Assembly: GCF_009914755.1 (NCBI RefSeq)
Contig: NC_060932.1
Origin: the human T2T-CHM13v2.0 reference genome, Homo sapiens
Reading direction: 5' to 3' (one strand)
Length of the DNA stretch: 64,000 nt
The notes under the pieces are model-generated. The model was not told where the DNA came from. It ran no database searches and worked only from the letters and a program-made list of their open reading frames with translations. Position numbers and translations under genes: made by a program. This document shows positions 18,611 to 34,300 of the stretch, in pieces (the stretch's first letter is position 1; each line of letters begins with the position of its first letter).

Positions 18611-19542
18611 AAAAATGAAGAACAGTTTGGGATAAGAGAGGGGATTGGAGAGATACAAGCAATTATTCCTGTGATGAGGGTTATCAAGAAAATTTAGAAC
18701 AGTGTAGGCTTATTCAATCTTAAATGACTCTGGATTGTGCAATAATCCTCTTTCATTGTCACCTGCATTATGGTTTTCATGAGAATGAAAGAAAGTGATG
18801 CAAATGAATAGAGTAATGTTGAGAGAGTGCAGCAGCCTCAGTGTCTATTATGTAGGTTGATTCTGGAGACAGAATTTAAGTCCAGAAGTGAACAAAAGCA
18901 CCCCCAGGCATTCTTTGAAAATTGAAGGAGAGAGTAGGTTTCCCTTGTATGTGGGATGGCGGTGAAGTCTTTTTACTTGAATATTGAAGGATAATGACTG
19001 GTGAGAGTCATCTGGGTGATAGATGCTATGAACTGATACAAATAAAATATGAAAATAACATATTTTCAACTACCGTTGCACCTCCTGATACAAAATAATG
19101 TTTAGTCCAAAACAAGAAATACGAAAATTATGTACTTGACATATTATATAAATATATATGAGATTAATTCTGATAGATTGACAAATATGCTTGTTTTTCA
19201 AATGTAAAATACTAAATTTAAAAACTGAAAAATATGGATGAAATCTTTGTCCTATTGTTCCAAATCAATACATATCATGCTTTATCATGTATTCCAAACC
19301 AAACATAATTCTGTGTGCTAAAGTAAGGTTGGTTAATTTTAGTTCAACATTCATGGAAAAACTATATTGGAAAAAGATTTAATGATGAATAACTAAGATG
19401 TTTTTCAAGCTTTCTAAAATTGCTATGGCAACATAAGCCATGTAAACCAATAAATAGGGGATACGGTTTTAACAGAATAGCAACAACAACAACAAAATGC
19501 CAAATGAATGTAAATGAAAATTTTTAAAAATGTGTCAATTAT

Positions 19543-19921
19543 TGTTGTGGGCTAAATTGTGTTCCCCCAAATTTCTATGTTGAAATCTTAATCCCTAGTA
19601 GTACTCAGAATGTGACAGTATTTGGAGAAAGAGACTTTAAAAGGGTAATTAAGGTAAAGTGAGATCATATAGATGGGCCCTAATCCAATGTAACTGGTGT
19701 CCAGGACATAAACACACACACACAGAAAATCACGTGAAGATAAATGGAGAAGACAGCCATCTACAAGGCAAAGGGAGAATCCAGAATAAACTGTCTTGTG
19801 GACACCTTGATCTTGAACTTCTAGCCTCCAGAAATGTGAGAAAATTAGTTTTTGTTTTTTATCTCACGCAGTCTGTGACACTTGGTTATGGCAGCCCTAA
19901 CTAATATAGAAAACTAATATA
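19543..19921 (+). mobile_element. MaLR LTR (MLT1A/B-like)
   Basis: tgttgtgggctaaattgtgttcccccaaa...tactcagaatgtgac...gggccctaatccaat...ttatggcagccctaactaata. Confidence 0.8.
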
Positions 19922-19955
19922 GCCCTAGTAAACCATGTAGATTATAACAAGATAG

Positions 19956-20320
19956 TGTTAAATTAAGTTTAGCTTAAAACCTCCTGTATACTTTGAATTC
20001 CCGCATAAGAAATGGCAACCTAACTAAGAGTATAATCTTGTAATAAATAGCTGAGTGTCATCCAATTACAGAAACCAAGCTTCAGTCAGTAACAGGCCAC
20101 CGACTGATCAGATCATATCTATATAAGTCAAATGCGAAGTTGTAACTAATCAAGCTGTTTCTTTATGTCACTTCCTTTTTTTGTCTATAAATACTTTCTG
20201 CCCATTTGCCATACGAAGCTCTTCATATTTACTGATTCAAGGTGCTACCTGATTCATGAATGGTTCTTTGCTCAAATAAACATGGTTAAATTTAAGTTGT
20301 CTAACGTTTTTGTTTTAACA
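19956..20320 (+). mobile_element. ERV1 solo LTR (MER57-like)
   Basis: TGTTAAATTAAGTTTAGC...gctcaaataaa...TTTTAACA, with TG..CA termini, a TATAAA and an AATAAA. Confidence 0.7.
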
Positions 20321-21220
20321 GTAGAATGAAGCCATGTGAAATGTTTAATACTCTACCTCTGTTCAAAGTGGAATCTGTTTTCTCCCATGCAAATGTTAAC
20401 ACTAGCATGGATAGACAAATTCAATGAAAGACCTTTTGAGTTAGGAAAGAATCATGTTAGGTTTGTAAAATTCAATCTTCAGTCAATAATAAATATATTC
20501 TGCTGTACTTATATGTTTTTCATGTGGATCTAATGCTTAAATAAGTTTTTTTGTTCATCTGTTTGTTTTTTGAAGAAAGGGGTTGGGAGATGAGAGAAGT
20601 CAATGATATAACTGAGAGATTATATAGATAAATCTATTTTGATTTGTAAGTTGTGATTCAATAACGTAAGAGAAGTTTCATTCTTTTAAGATTTAAAATA
20701 TACAATATTATAGCCTTTTACAATATAGTTTATTTGATCAGTAATACTAATTTTTCTAGGGGAAATAAAAGGTCAGCTGTTCCACCATTACTACATACTA
20801 CATGACAGTCATTTTCACAAGGACTTATAGGTGAAAGCATATGGATAGTGTGCCTAAGTGTCTTAGACTGCACTAGTGTTGATTTGAATGTGTTTACAGC
20901 ACCTTCGCCTCTTGAAACCTAGCAGAGCAGAATTCACAGGCCCTTCAAAGTATAGAACAACTAAACTCATTAAGTTAAAGGTCACATGTTCACATCTTAG
21001 TAGTACATAAAGCAAAAAGGTCGATCTTGCATATTTCAATAGTACTGATACAGCATTACACAAATAGAAAATTAACTTGGAAACACGCTGAAAGGTTAAA
21101 AGGGGGCAAACAGATGGAAGCATTCAAAGCACAGCAATTGACTATTACAATAAAATTAAACATTCATTTGGTAAATGCAAAAGAGAATGTCAACTAATCT
21201 TTTAGATAATATTTTCTTTA

Positions 21221-21397
<177 letters not shown>

Positions 21398-23898
21398 TCA
21401 GACAAGTAAGAATAAAACATTCAAGATAAATCGCAGATATTATTCTTAATACAAACAATTTCAAAAACAAGTCTCTGCATATCCTTATTAAATAGTTAAT
21501 ACTATTTTTGAAAGCAATGGTACATCTAGTCAATTACTTCTGTTAAATGATTATTTTTCTAAAAAGGTAATTTACTTTTCAAAATATGAAATAGCTACAT
21601 TTAGCATGTCAGGTAATAAACTGCTCCTCCTTAAGTCTCTGAATAATACCCCTTACATATATTCTTGTCTCTCCATCGTCATCTTTGTATTCAAAGCTTG
21701 AAAGAAAACCTAAGTTGTTAGCTTTGGTTTCTTTCTCTTTGATTTTCTTACTTATGTTATCAAATTCTACTAATTCATCTTATACACTAACAGTTTGTGC
21801 TTCCATTTTCCAGAGTCACTTCATTGATTCAGCTTTTTACCTTATTTCTCATCTGCTATTTTCTTTCTTACTTTAGTCCAGCTGTCAGAATAAGCTCCTC
21901 CAAATTATAGTTTCATCATACCATTTCCTAGACATCTAGCCCCTTTCTTAGATTTGTATTTTGATCTCTTTTCTTTTTAATATCAAATTTAAATATTCTG
22001 TTTATCATTTCAAATATTGTATCCTCTGATTTCCCTAAGCTCACACACAATTGAAACCACAATGATAGCATTGTAGTTCCAGTAAGTACTGATTAGGTCA
22101 TTTAGTGTAAACGCCTCATTTTGGAGATGTGTAAACCAAGTTTTAGAGAGAGCAACTTGCCAAAGTTCAGTAGGTTGAAAGGTCTTAAAATCACTTTGAA
22201 GTCAACTTTTGCAAAACAAAGCCTTAGTACTGACCCTCTTCCATTATTTCCTGTATTGGTAAATGAAACCGCCATCTGTCCAGTTGCATAAACTAGAAGC
22301 TAGAAGTATTCAGTTTTCATACGTATATTATTTTTACCATTTACTCCCATATCCAACCCATCCTCAAGCTCACTCTTATTTCTCTAGCTCTATGGATTTC
22401 ATCTTAGTTTAAAATAACATCATCTCATCCTTGAAGTATAGAAATAACCCCTGAACTGGTCTCTGCATTTACACTATTCTCCATGCTACGGATACAGTGA
22501 TTTTTTTTTCTTTTTAATTCACAAAGCTTACCATGCCCTTCAGTGACAACTTTCTGTGTTTCCTGATAAGGCTCTGTGGGATCTAGCTGTTGCTTATTCT
22601 CTAGCCTTGTCTCAGAACTCCCCTCCACTCTGCAGCCCAGCTACATTAGCCTGCTCTACTTTCAGGAAGTATACACAGAAGAGAAAATGGAGGAAAGAGT
22701 GTTTAAGATGTTGAAAATTATCAGGAAAGAAAAAAAGTCTAAATGTACACTAGATCAACTTTTTAATACATCATTATTTCCAGTGACTTTTCACATCATT
22801 TTCTTTAAATCTTCCCATTTAAACTCTTACCCATGTGTTTATATTTTTCCTAGCTTATTTCTTTCTGTTTTGCCTTACAGAATTTCTGAAAACAATTGCT
22901 CTAGACACTATTTTACTCCTTTTTATTCTTTAAATAACTTGATGGAACCCAAATGAAATAGCAAATATTTATAAATTGGCCTAGGAATTAAACATTACTG
23001 TAAAATTTCTGTTTTTAGTAAAACATTTTCTATGTGAAATTGCCAAAAGATGTTATTTGTATGACAGAGAACTCTCATAAAAACTAAGTTTTCTTCCTTA
23101 ATAGAATTTAATTTTGTTTCCTAAAAAGCTAGTTTTAAAGGAGGCCATTTTTATGAGGATTATTTACTCTTCCTAGTTATGATGACTCATAATTAGGTTT
23201 CCTGTAGGGTTATGTATTTCAAAAATGAAATTATGTGCATAATAGTCACTTAAATTACCATATTTTACAAGACAGAGCTAAGTATTTTAGTGACAGAAAG
23301 CCCCAAAATACAGAGTATTTCTGACATAAATCTTTATTATGTCAGCAACTCATATTGTTCCAGAAAAGTATTCACTCATTCATTCAACCTAATCATCATT
23401 AGACGAGGTAATTAGTCATAAAATTAACAATTGAGAAATGGGCCATAAAGAATTAAAAAGTAAAGTACTGAGAAGCATTCCGACTAGCCACTCAGTGCAA
23501 AATGTGAGGGAGGCAGAGTTAGAAGGGGTCTTTAAAGTGAAGAAGTAGCCTAAAGATGTGATTGATTGCTGTTTGTTTCCTAAAATGACTCTCTGGTATA
23601 GTGACCCTGCTTGTGGTTCTTCTCCTACTTATGACATTTTCTGAAGTAGCTACTTTCTCACTTAAAGGATTGGAATTTCCCAAAATTATTCTTCCAAAAG
23701 TATAGGAACCAACTTTCTAGAAGGTCTACCACCAAGAGGGGAGAGACATGCTTATATGGGTCGGTCAGCAAAAGTCTCATCATTAAAGTGACTCTCGGGC
23801 ACATGAGAGGAAAATGTCAGTAAGGAGAAGCCATGGTGTAGCAACAGTGGAAGAGCATGGAATAGATAACATGCAGGAGAAAGGAGAGGCTAAATGTA

Positions 23899-23930
23899 GA
23901 AAAACAAAACAAAACAAAACAAAACAAAAC
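23899..23930. repeat. (AAAAC)n microsatellite
   Basis: Directly visible, about 5-6 units. Confidence 0.85.
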
Positions 23931-23977
23931 AGCTGAAGAAAAAAAAAGCTGCCTAGAGTTTTGGAACAGAAACCTAA

Positions 23978-24342
<365 letters not shown>

Positions 24343-26108
24343 TAACTGCAATATGAGTAAAATACAACTAAAAAAAACAAAAAGTTATCCAAACTTAACA
24401 ATGTTGCCATATCCATATATTGCCTATGTAGTTAATTATGTACCTACTGAAATTTAAGAAATTCTTATACATTTTTTTAACCAAAAATGAGCTTGTGTAT
24501 CTCCAGGTGTGAAGATACTACACTTCAAAAAGGATTTCTCTAAAAAACAATAACTACTCTTGGCTGAACAAGAAAAATTTGGAATATACAGAAAGCAAAA
24601 AGGGGACCAAGGCCATAAAGAAGCATTTTCAAAGTCCCATTCATTCATTCATCTTTTATTCATTTATATTTCAGTTCTTCGACATACCATTGTCTGACAG
24701 GTGTGTGCCTGTGTGGCATTTGTACTACTTCTACTAATGAACATTTATGGAATGCTTTCTCTGTGTCAGGCACCCTCAGATTATTTTATATAATGCTCAA
24801 AATAATCTAGCCAGATAAGTACACTATTATAGATAAGAAAACTGATGTGTAAGGAATTTAAATAATTTGCATCTGAACTGTCAAGGATTTGAACAAAGGC
24901 AGTTTGACTCTAGAAAAATTCTTTCCAACTGACATTAAGATAGTCTTTTTCCTTTCCTCCCAGTGCCCATGGTGCAAAAGACAGAAACATTAACAAAACG
25001 TAAAAATGTCAAGTTCTATAACAAAGGTATGTCCACAGTACAAGGGGCCCAGAAAAGGAAATGAATAAATGTTTCATAGAAGAGATTCTGTTTAATTTGA
25101 AGATTAAACAGGATGAAATCAAGAATGAAGATGAAATCAAGAAGAAGAAATCAAGAAGCACCAACAGAAAAACTGAGGGAGGATATTGTAAATGAAAGCA
25201 ACATCACATGCAAATGCATAGAGGATTGAGTTAGCATAAAGTAATGCAATTACCTTTTCTGGGGAATAAAGAAGTGATGAGAGAAAATTAGAAAAGGACC
25301 TGGTTTGCTCCACTATGGAAAGTGAACCACGGCAATTGAAAAATTGTTGACAAAGGATATGTATATATACACACACACGTATATAGACAAAGGATAAGAT
25401 TTTCATTTAAGTGAAACTTTCATGTAAAATGGATTGCAGCAGTACACCTGGATTTAGTGAGATCAGTTAGAAGATTGTTGCAACTATCTAGGAAAGGCAT
25501 TATCAGATTATGAAATAAGGCTGTAGCAGAGATAGGCAGAATATACAAGGTATTTAGGAAGGAGAATCAAAAGCATTTATTGACGTGCAAAGAGTGAGTC
25601 AGAGGAAGGAGTCTAAACTGGTCCTTGAGCCCTTGGCATGTGCAATAGGGTGGATGGTGATTCCATTCACCAAAATGGGAAACACGGAACAGGGAGGAGT
25701 TTCATGTGGAAAGTTAATGAGATTCAGTGCTAAAATGGAAGGGTCTGTGAAATATCACAAGAAACAAGAGAAAATAGAATCTGGAGCTCTTGGCTATCTT
25801 AGGAGTGATTTTCAAAATTGGTTGATGTTCAAGTTTCCATGGAGGTTGAAGGTAAAGGTGAATATTTAGAGGAAAAAATGAAAGATGATTGAATATGCAA
25901 CCCTTTGAAAAAAGTATTTTAATTTAATAAAATTAAGTAGGTATTGTCCAATAGCCAGTATATCACTACAACACTGAGAAAAGGGCTGAGATGAATTATT
26001 TGTTTGGGTCTTCCTCTCACCTAAGTGTGTGAACTGGGATAATTTTAGCAAGTAAAAGTAATAAATTCCTAGGTTTTAGTGGAAAAATAGAATAGTTTAT
26101 ATCTCAGT

Positions 26109-26582
26109 TGACTGAGATAAACTTTAGTTTAACTAAATTTAGACAGGCTTCTTCCTGATTCAAGACCCTCCTTCCCACCTCCCTTTCCTAGAGCATTTAG
26201 TTTAGAAAACTTGTTTGTTTTTTTTCCTCTGTACCTTTGAAATGTACATTTTCTCCCAGCCTCTTACTAGTTTTATGACCCAGGAATGTCTTTTTCAATG
26301 ACCTGGGAGCCATCCCTTTGAAGCACCCTTATTTTCCACTCTCTCTGTGGGAGAGTGGGAACCTAACTTCAGTAAGCTCCAATTATCAAACATAAATGAT
26401 CTAATCACATTGGCCAACCTACCCCCTAACATGCTCCAGTACTTTTCTACTAGCTCACCCCAATGCTTAAAAACCTTCTCCCTCTTTCAAAGGAGTTGAG
26501 TTCAATTTTTCTTCTCCTTTGCAATAGTCTCAAATAGTCTTGCTTGCCTGTTTAACTCTGACAGAGAAATTTTTCTTTGACA
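26109..26582 (+). mobile_element. ERV1 solo LTR (MER31-like)
   Basis: ctagagcatttagtttagaaaacttg, cccaggaatgtc...gacctgggagccatccctttgaa, ggagttgagttcaat, ending tttttctttgaca. Confidence 0.6.
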
Positions 26583-27354
26583 CACAGATGATCCTCAACT
26601 TATGATGGAGTTTTGACTTATGATCATGACTTGATCAGAAACATGGACTAGGTAGCGGCAGAGCTGAGACTCAAATTCAAATTGTTAAATTCCTAGTTAA
26701 GAATTACTTCCACAGTAGATTTATTATTTTTCCAAAAGAAATGTTTATTTAAACATTTTATACTCTCTTTACCATTGGTTTAGTGAAGACAGAAATAGAT
26801 GAAAAGTCAGGGGGTAGAATATTTAGTCCAAAGGTTTTTAGTATAATTTTGAGGCTCTAACCCCATTTTAAGTGCCTCTCCACTACTATTATTCATTTTT
26901 TAATTAATTAAATAAACATTTAGTTTCTGCTACTATGTCTAAGATACTGTGCTAGCTGCTGAAATTGAAAAAAAATTCTATGTGATATTATATCTGCCTT
27001 CAAGAGATACACATTTTCTACAAGGAAGATTGATACAGTTAACATGAAACATGATAAGTACATGCTTGAGCTGGGTAAGTAGCCTTGAAATATAGGGCAG
27101 GGACAGGTACTGTCCCAGGGGCATTAGGAAAGAGTCTGGGTAGGAGATGTTGTCAAAGAAGAGTTTAGATTAAAAAATGAATACAAGCAAAACAGGCTTA
27201 ACAGAAGTGGGACAGAATAGGCAGAGGTAGGAAGTAAAAAACACTAATCTGTGTGGGGGAAAGTCAAGTGGTTCTTGTTGTTACAACTTATTATTAGTGG
27301 AGGCCTAAGGAGGAGCAGTTCATGGGGGCCTCTGGTTACCTGCAGTTATTATTG

Positions 27355-27525
27355 CTTTCAAAGACTTTCAAACGTTAGTGGCCATCTACTGAGCTTGTTA
27401 AAATGCAGATTCCTGTATTGTACTTCTAATAGTTGTAAGATGGGACCCAAAAATCTGCATGGTTGACAAGACCCCCACCTGATCCCTCAGGTCCTTTTAT
27501 TGGTTAGGTATGTGGACCACACAGG
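27355..27525. mobile_element. MER5-like hAT fossil (degenerate)
   Basis: gagcttgttaaaatgcagattcctg...gggacccaaaaatctgcat motifs. Confidence 0.5.
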
Positions 27526-30500
27526 AAATTTAAGGGATGTGGGTGTTCTGCAGCTCCAAGACTCCATTGGTTAATCTCTCAGTTTTCTGGGATGAGGAAG
27601 TTATTTGGATATTTTAGTGAAACACAGGTCGTTGCCTTTAATTCTTCTTTTTGTAGCAATGAAAACAACAATGAGATATGTAAATTCAATATAGTTCATT
27701 TATCTAGTTTTATTTTTCTAAGGCCTGAAGAACGTCTGTTATAAATAATGTGAGTTTGAGTGCTGGCTCAATTTTGTCTTACTTTAAGAAGAAAGGATAC
27801 ATTCAAAGAACCCACTGTGTTTTAAGACCTCGATGAAAGAATCAGAAGTGCTTCAGACTGCATTCAGATAAAATTCTCCTGAATAAAAATGCTAAGGAGT
27901 GCTGGTACTCCACAGCAGGAGATGCTCTTCCATCTGAGAAGTGGTACTTAGGTGCTCAGAAGGAAGTTGGGGACCATGGGCTAAGCTAGGTTTTGATCAC
28001 AGGGATTTTGCCATAGGTGAATTAAAGAGGTGAACATTGTAGCATTTGGTCTGATAAACAGTCCTTCTGTGGAGTTGTTCTTGATAAAATCTAGATGCCA
28101 ATTCAAGGACAATCAGACAATGACAGTTCCATTTTGTTCCTTAAAAAAAAAAACTTGCTTTATGGTTATAGGTGTGGTAAGTAATCACCAGGTCTCTCAA
28201 ACCTCAGCACACTGCATCATGGTTCAAAAAAAAAAAATTACAATGAACAAGTCAGGTATGTATCTAGGATAAGAAGAGAAAGACAGAAACATGGTAATTA
28301 AGGAGCCAAAATAGAGTCCATTTCCATAACTACTTCTATCCCTCCCTGTACCCAGCTCCACAAAGATTAGAAGCAAAGCCCTGCAGATGGCTATTAAATT
28401 ACATTATTCTATATTAGTGCTTCAGGAGACGTAGAATTTAATAACACCTAAATACTTAACTAAAGGAGGGGTTCATTGTTAGATATAAATATATATAAAT
28501 GTGTGAATACATATCTGTTTATAAGAACCACAAATCAATTCTGATCTGTGTATCAAATTGTTACTCTAATTGCTTCCTCAAAAGAACTCTCTCTAAAAAG
28601 AATGTAATGGCTGTGAATGAGAATGGCTTCCTTTCCTCTGAGACTAATTGAGATTCAAGAGAGAACCTCTTACCCTCAAAGGGAAAGTTCATCAGGCATG
28701 CAAGTCCAGGCTTGTCTTCAAACAGTTCTCCCGGGACTTCAGTCCCATCCTATTCACTCAAAGAATTCTCTTAGATATCCCATTAGGGAGTAGGAAGGAG
28801 CATAAGCCACAGCTATGCAGGGAGTTCTGTGCTGAGGGCAAGGGAGTTCTTGCTTGAGTAAGCATTTTATAGAACATTCTAAAGTTGGTGAAGCAAAAAC
28901 AGAAGACTTTTTTTTTTTCTAATTACTGCCTTAAAACACACACTGCCAAGTCTCTTTCTCTCCTCAAAGAGCATGTTAAGCAGAGCCTCTAGTTTTCTTA
29001 TCACTTCTAGTATTTAAAAACTTGATCCAGTTCAATTTAAAACTGTTATCTCATTCTCTCCATTCACTCACCCAAGGTGCCTTGAGTAGCAGCCAGAGAG
29101 ACTTGGAGGATAGGGAAGAGCATGCTAAAGGAATGCCAGCACTTTCAGATTCATTCCTCTACTTACTTCAGCACTTGGAGTAGAGAAGGTATTATCACTT
29201 ATTTTATATCTTGTCCTCTTCCTTTTACCTTTAGATCCTGTTTCCTGTGGTGAGTTAGGGCTGGGATGAGGTGAAAGGTCATAGTCCTTTCCTGGAAGTT
29301 ATTGCTTTCCTTGCAAACCTTTGTCTGGTCACTGGTGCCTCTCTTTTGTCAGGTATGGAACATGTTGATTCTCCCATGAGAACAAATGAGTTGTTTGCAA
29401 AGGCCAAGAGTGAGGAGAATGGCTTCTCACCGCACAATTCCCTGATAAAAGAGAAGCTCAACCTTTTGTAGTTGCCTGTCTGCTCCCATCCCTGACGGCA
29501 CACCCTATAACTCTGTTGGATTGTCTTTTCCTGTGGCCAAGCCTGAGTAATTTCTTTGGTATTCATTTGATGCACAGGAAACTTACATCACTGACTAATC
29601 AAACTGTTTGAACTAAACAGCTCTCCCTCTCTCCAACCTGCCAGCTTTTCACCAATTTCTTTTCTTTTGTTCAATAGGCATAGAAGGTAGATCAGCAAGC
29701 TCATTGTATAAGCAAATATCCACCTGGGAATTCTCTTTCACACAAACATCTCCATTCTCTAAGAGGGATTCTTATGCAGCCCTTTCCCTCAATTTGGCTT
29801 GAAGATAAGGAGACTAGCACTTTCCCTCCTCTAAGAAGAATGAAAAACCAAACAACTTATAATTCAAACAGTTATAGATAGATGAATGATAGAGAAAGAC
29901 AGATATACGGATTAGATAGATAAAGACATATAGATCTCCCTAGCTTTTGCTGCTTAGCACATTGGAAGTGGGATGGCAGAGGTTATGATTGAGATAAAAG
30001 AATCAGCTAGAACCCACTTAAGCTCTGGAGGGGTGTCTTGTCCTTAAATTTTCAAGAAGAGGAATATAGATAATTTTTTCTTCTTAACTGGAGATCTAAG
30101 TTGCCAAAGCTAAAGCAGCAGGAAAATTTAGTTCTCCATTTTGTTAGTCACACATTTATTCCTATGGTTTTCCTTGTCAGGAGGGCTGCAAATATAACAA
30201 TGTTCAAAATCATTTCGAGTATCCACAAGAAAAAGGCAACTTTGCCAGTCTTAACCCAGCTCTTAGTTAAATCATCAGCTTTGAGGCAATAGCATTCATC
30301 AGACTCTTCCAATGTATTTCACTAAATGTAATCTCCTTTATCTATAAAGCAGACCCATGAATGTATTACATCTAATCATATTCAAGAACATGATCATGTA
30401 ATCCAGAAGGCCAATATTCATTTCCATTTTTGTCACGGAGATTGCTTTAGATCAAAGGGGGCACTGCTGACTACAGTGTAGGGGACATGTGAGTCAGAGT

Positions 30501-30559
30501 GAGGTAAAAAGGACAAGAGAAGCAGAAAGCATATATACATCAGAGCCTTCTGAGACTCA

Positions 30560-31370
30560 GAGGAGAAATAATTATGAGGAAACTAATGGTTGGGCACAGG
30601 TGGACTGAACAACAAGCTATTTCTAATTTGAACTACAAATTTCAGTATCTGCATGGGATCTGGAAGGAAATGACAAGGTACTGCTTAGGGGAAAAAAATC
30701 ACAGGGACCAAGTCTCTTTAGAGAAGAATGGTATATCACTTTGGCAGCTGTGTTGAGAATAGAACTGAATAAAAGCAGAGACAGAAGCAGTGAGAGCAGT
30801 TAGGGGGCTACGGATTAATTAAAGCCAGAGACAAAGGTTGCTGGGACCAAGATGTCAGCAGTGGAGGTAGTAAGAAATATTTGGGTTTTGAATGATTTCA
30901 AAGGAAGAGCTAGCCAGTTTTTCTGATGCATTATCTATGGTTATGACAGAAAGAAAGGAGTCAGGAAAGATTTGATAAAGACCGAAGAATTTTGGCCTGA
31001 ATGACTGAAATAATAGAGTTGCTATTAATAATGGAGAAAGTGAGTGACAACAGCAGGTTTAGAGTGACGTGGGGAGACATATCAGTTTCAGACAGGGTAA
31101 GTTTGAGATGCCTATTAAACACTTAAGTGCAGATGTGGAGTAGGAAGTTGAACATATAAGTCTACATTTCAGGGCAGAGAACCAGGCTAGAGATGTAAAT
31201 TTGAGAGACAGCGGCATGTAGATATTGTTTACAGTTAGAGACTGATTGAAAAATCACCAATGAAATGAATGCAATAGAGAGCAGAACATATCCAAAATGT
31301 AGCTCTGGGACATGCACTTAAACAGATCACAGAGAGGAGGAGAAACCAGGAAAGGAGACTAAAATGAGCC
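30560..31370 (-). mobile_element. LINE-2 fragment
   Basis: Purine-rich antisense L2 motifs (aagtttgagatgcctatta...aagtgcagatgtggagtaggaagttga...ggctagagatgtaaatttg). Boundaries are approximate. Confidence 0.65.
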
Positions 31371-34300
31371 TGAGTAGCATATTTAATAAAATAAAATTTA
31401 ATAACATATATAATTTTTAGACTTGTCTAACTTATTTTTCCATTAACAGTTAAATAATTGTATAACTTTAAATTATTGAGGAAAATTTGATTTTAAAACA
31501 AAAATGGTATGAATTTCAGATTCTATAACAAAATAATGAATACATTAATGCATCTTTCATTTTTGGTCTGCAATAAAATCCTTTTCAACTTTCAATCTAC
31601 ATGAGTATAGTTCAGTAGCATTTTATTTTAAAGGCATTCACCAATGAATAATAAATCTTTATATTCAGGAACTGTTTCCTTCTGTGGCTGCAACAGAGGA
31701 GAATTAATTTATGTCCAACTGTCTTGCTTTTTAAAACAGAAAACTCTAGATGACTTAGTCCTCACTGCTTGACACTTAGAAAGATAACTTTCTTGTTTTA
31801 TACTACATCTCATGGCCTGGTATCCCTTTCAAGTTCTTTTGGGATTCATTGGCTGGCTTATTACTGGCAAATTCAGAAGCGGGCATTATAAAGTAGAAAT
31901 GTAACTCAGAGAGTAGCTGAGAATATATGTCAAAAACTTGCTGTCTCTCTTCTCGTTGTTTTCAAAATCAGTACATAATTTATTATAACAAGGTGAAGAA
32001 TTTATTCACCAAGCTTCCAAGGAGACAGAATGTCAATCGAAAACCATCAGAATGGAATTAATGAATCTTTCCTGGGTGCAGAGTACAGTGGAGTGGATTT
32101 TCTGGTAACTTGAGGATTATGTGTGTGACAGAGGGACTGAATTCATGTGAACAAAGACATGGGCCCTGGAAAGGAAAATAGAAAGGGAGAGAAGAAGAGC
32201 TTAGTGATGGGAGGACTGTGTGTGTGTAAGCATGGGGGAAGACAGGGAAATAAATGATAATGATGATGGTGGTGATGATTTTTACAAGCTATCTTGAATG
32301 GTGGGTGAGAAGGGGGAAAAGATGGCCTAGAAAGGTATTTGAGAAGCCTTCTGTTTACTTCATTGTATAAAACACTTGCATCCTAACTCAAAAAAAAAAA
32401 ATCAAAGTAAAAATCACTGTTATTTATCAATGCTTCTTAAATAACTTTGGTCTAGTTCCTGAGTCTGACTGAAATGAAATCATACTAGATAACTGAGCCA
32501 CATTAGGAGCTAAATTATTAGCAAAATTGTACTGTCTCATGGTAAAAATAGGATAAGACATGAGCAGAATATCAATGCAAAGCCAAAAGGATATTGCAGA
32601 GAGTACTTTGAATTTGAAATGATCATTTGGGGGAGAATGCACAATTCAAGATATGATGTTCCAGCTAGACTCTAGGTGCTAGAGGATTGGACTTAAACAG
32701 TGTTACACAACTTCACAACAAAAAATAGTAACTCAAGAAACTTTCTCCTGAAATAACTACTTTGCAAAATGATTCTTAAGGCCCTAAAGGATACCCAATT
32801 TCTTGAGACATTGGTGTGCTTTCTTAGAAGGAATAGAGGTTGCTGTCCAATATATGATTTCTGAACTGCTTCACTGGCCTAGCACAATGGATTGATTGTG
32901 GCTCTTTTCTAATGTCCATGAAGGTATTGTATAAGCTAATGGAAACATTGCTCTCAGTTGTCAATAATATAATTTTTTGTATTATTTATACTGTTTTTAA
33001 GCACATATTTATCTATAATTATGTCTGTATAAAAAGTGGGAAAATACACCTGTCCATTGGGAGGGTAGCCTGCTTCCTTTAGCCCATCTAATTCATTTCT
33101 GTTACTTCCTTGCTCCTGTTAAGCATTTGAGATTATGATTCCTGATCTGTGGCATTGGGCATTAGGTGCTATCTGTAGACTCAGATTCACCAAAACTACC
33201 ATCCAGTCTAGTGGCAGTTGGCTTCACCAACCTAGAGGACATAAATATCTAGATGAAGTTGAGTTGAGTAAAAATTTTGGAAAGACATTTTCTGCCTGTG
33301 TGTTAAACTCACAGAACAAGTTAAAAGCAAGACATCCACTAGGAAGAAGTATTAAAAGATTGGATAATCAAAAGTACCTGCAACAAGATGATGGCAGAAT
33401 TACCTATAGCTAATTTACCAAATAATCACAGACACTCTCCTTTACAAACTGATCTCAAGAATCTGGTAAAGCAAATCAGAGCTGAGAAAAATAAGTTAAT
33501 TATGGCTATAATTAAGAAAGAAAGCCAAGTAATGATGCTCAGATCATTTAAGGTAATCTTTAAGTGGATTGAGGTTCTGAGTTTTCAAACAAAAACATTT
33601 TATACTGATTTCCATTGTTCTGTAAGTTCTGATTAAAACAAAATGTTCTACCTTCTAATTTTAATACACAACAATCCATATATATATATAACTTTTAACA
33701 ATGAATTTGATTTTGAAGAAAATAAAATAGAAGTAGAAATTTAGTTGTATTAACCAGAAAATACCAACATGTACCTTTAAAAAGTTATTCTATTTGAAAT
33801 GTTTAATATGAAGATAATTTAAAAGTTTCAGTGAAAATCTTAAGGATGTTAACGTTTGTTAACATTTGTAAATGTTGGAGGCTGCGATAGTGCCCCAAAG
33901 ATGAACAATAATAAATAATAAGAAAAATTTTATCTGTAAAAATATAGACTGTCTACAGAAAAAAGGAGACAGGAGGAGTAGCCTCCCAACCATAGTTCTC
34001 TATGTAAGTGGGAGTGGCTCTGGAAGTTTCAGGAATGGTGGGGGGATGGGGCAGGTTTTTTTTTTTTTTTTTTTAAATTAGGAAAAATAAAAATAAGCTG
34101 AGGCATCAGTTAGTCTCAGGCTTTAATTGTTAGTACCTAAGTAGAATTCAGGCAAAATGAAAGGAAATCAATATAAACCTTAATTAGAGGCTAAGAAATC
34201 AAACCTACCTGAGTTAGTTATAGAGTTGACAGCAGTCTGCTTTGTTGGGTGGAAACTGGCTCAGAGGTGGTTTGGGATAGAGTAGTAACCTGGCAAGGGC

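Noticed and set aside
27100-27116. Short palindrome gggacag-gta-ctgtccc
   Set aside because: Seven-bp arms are expected by chance in 64 kb, and there is no junction or motif context.
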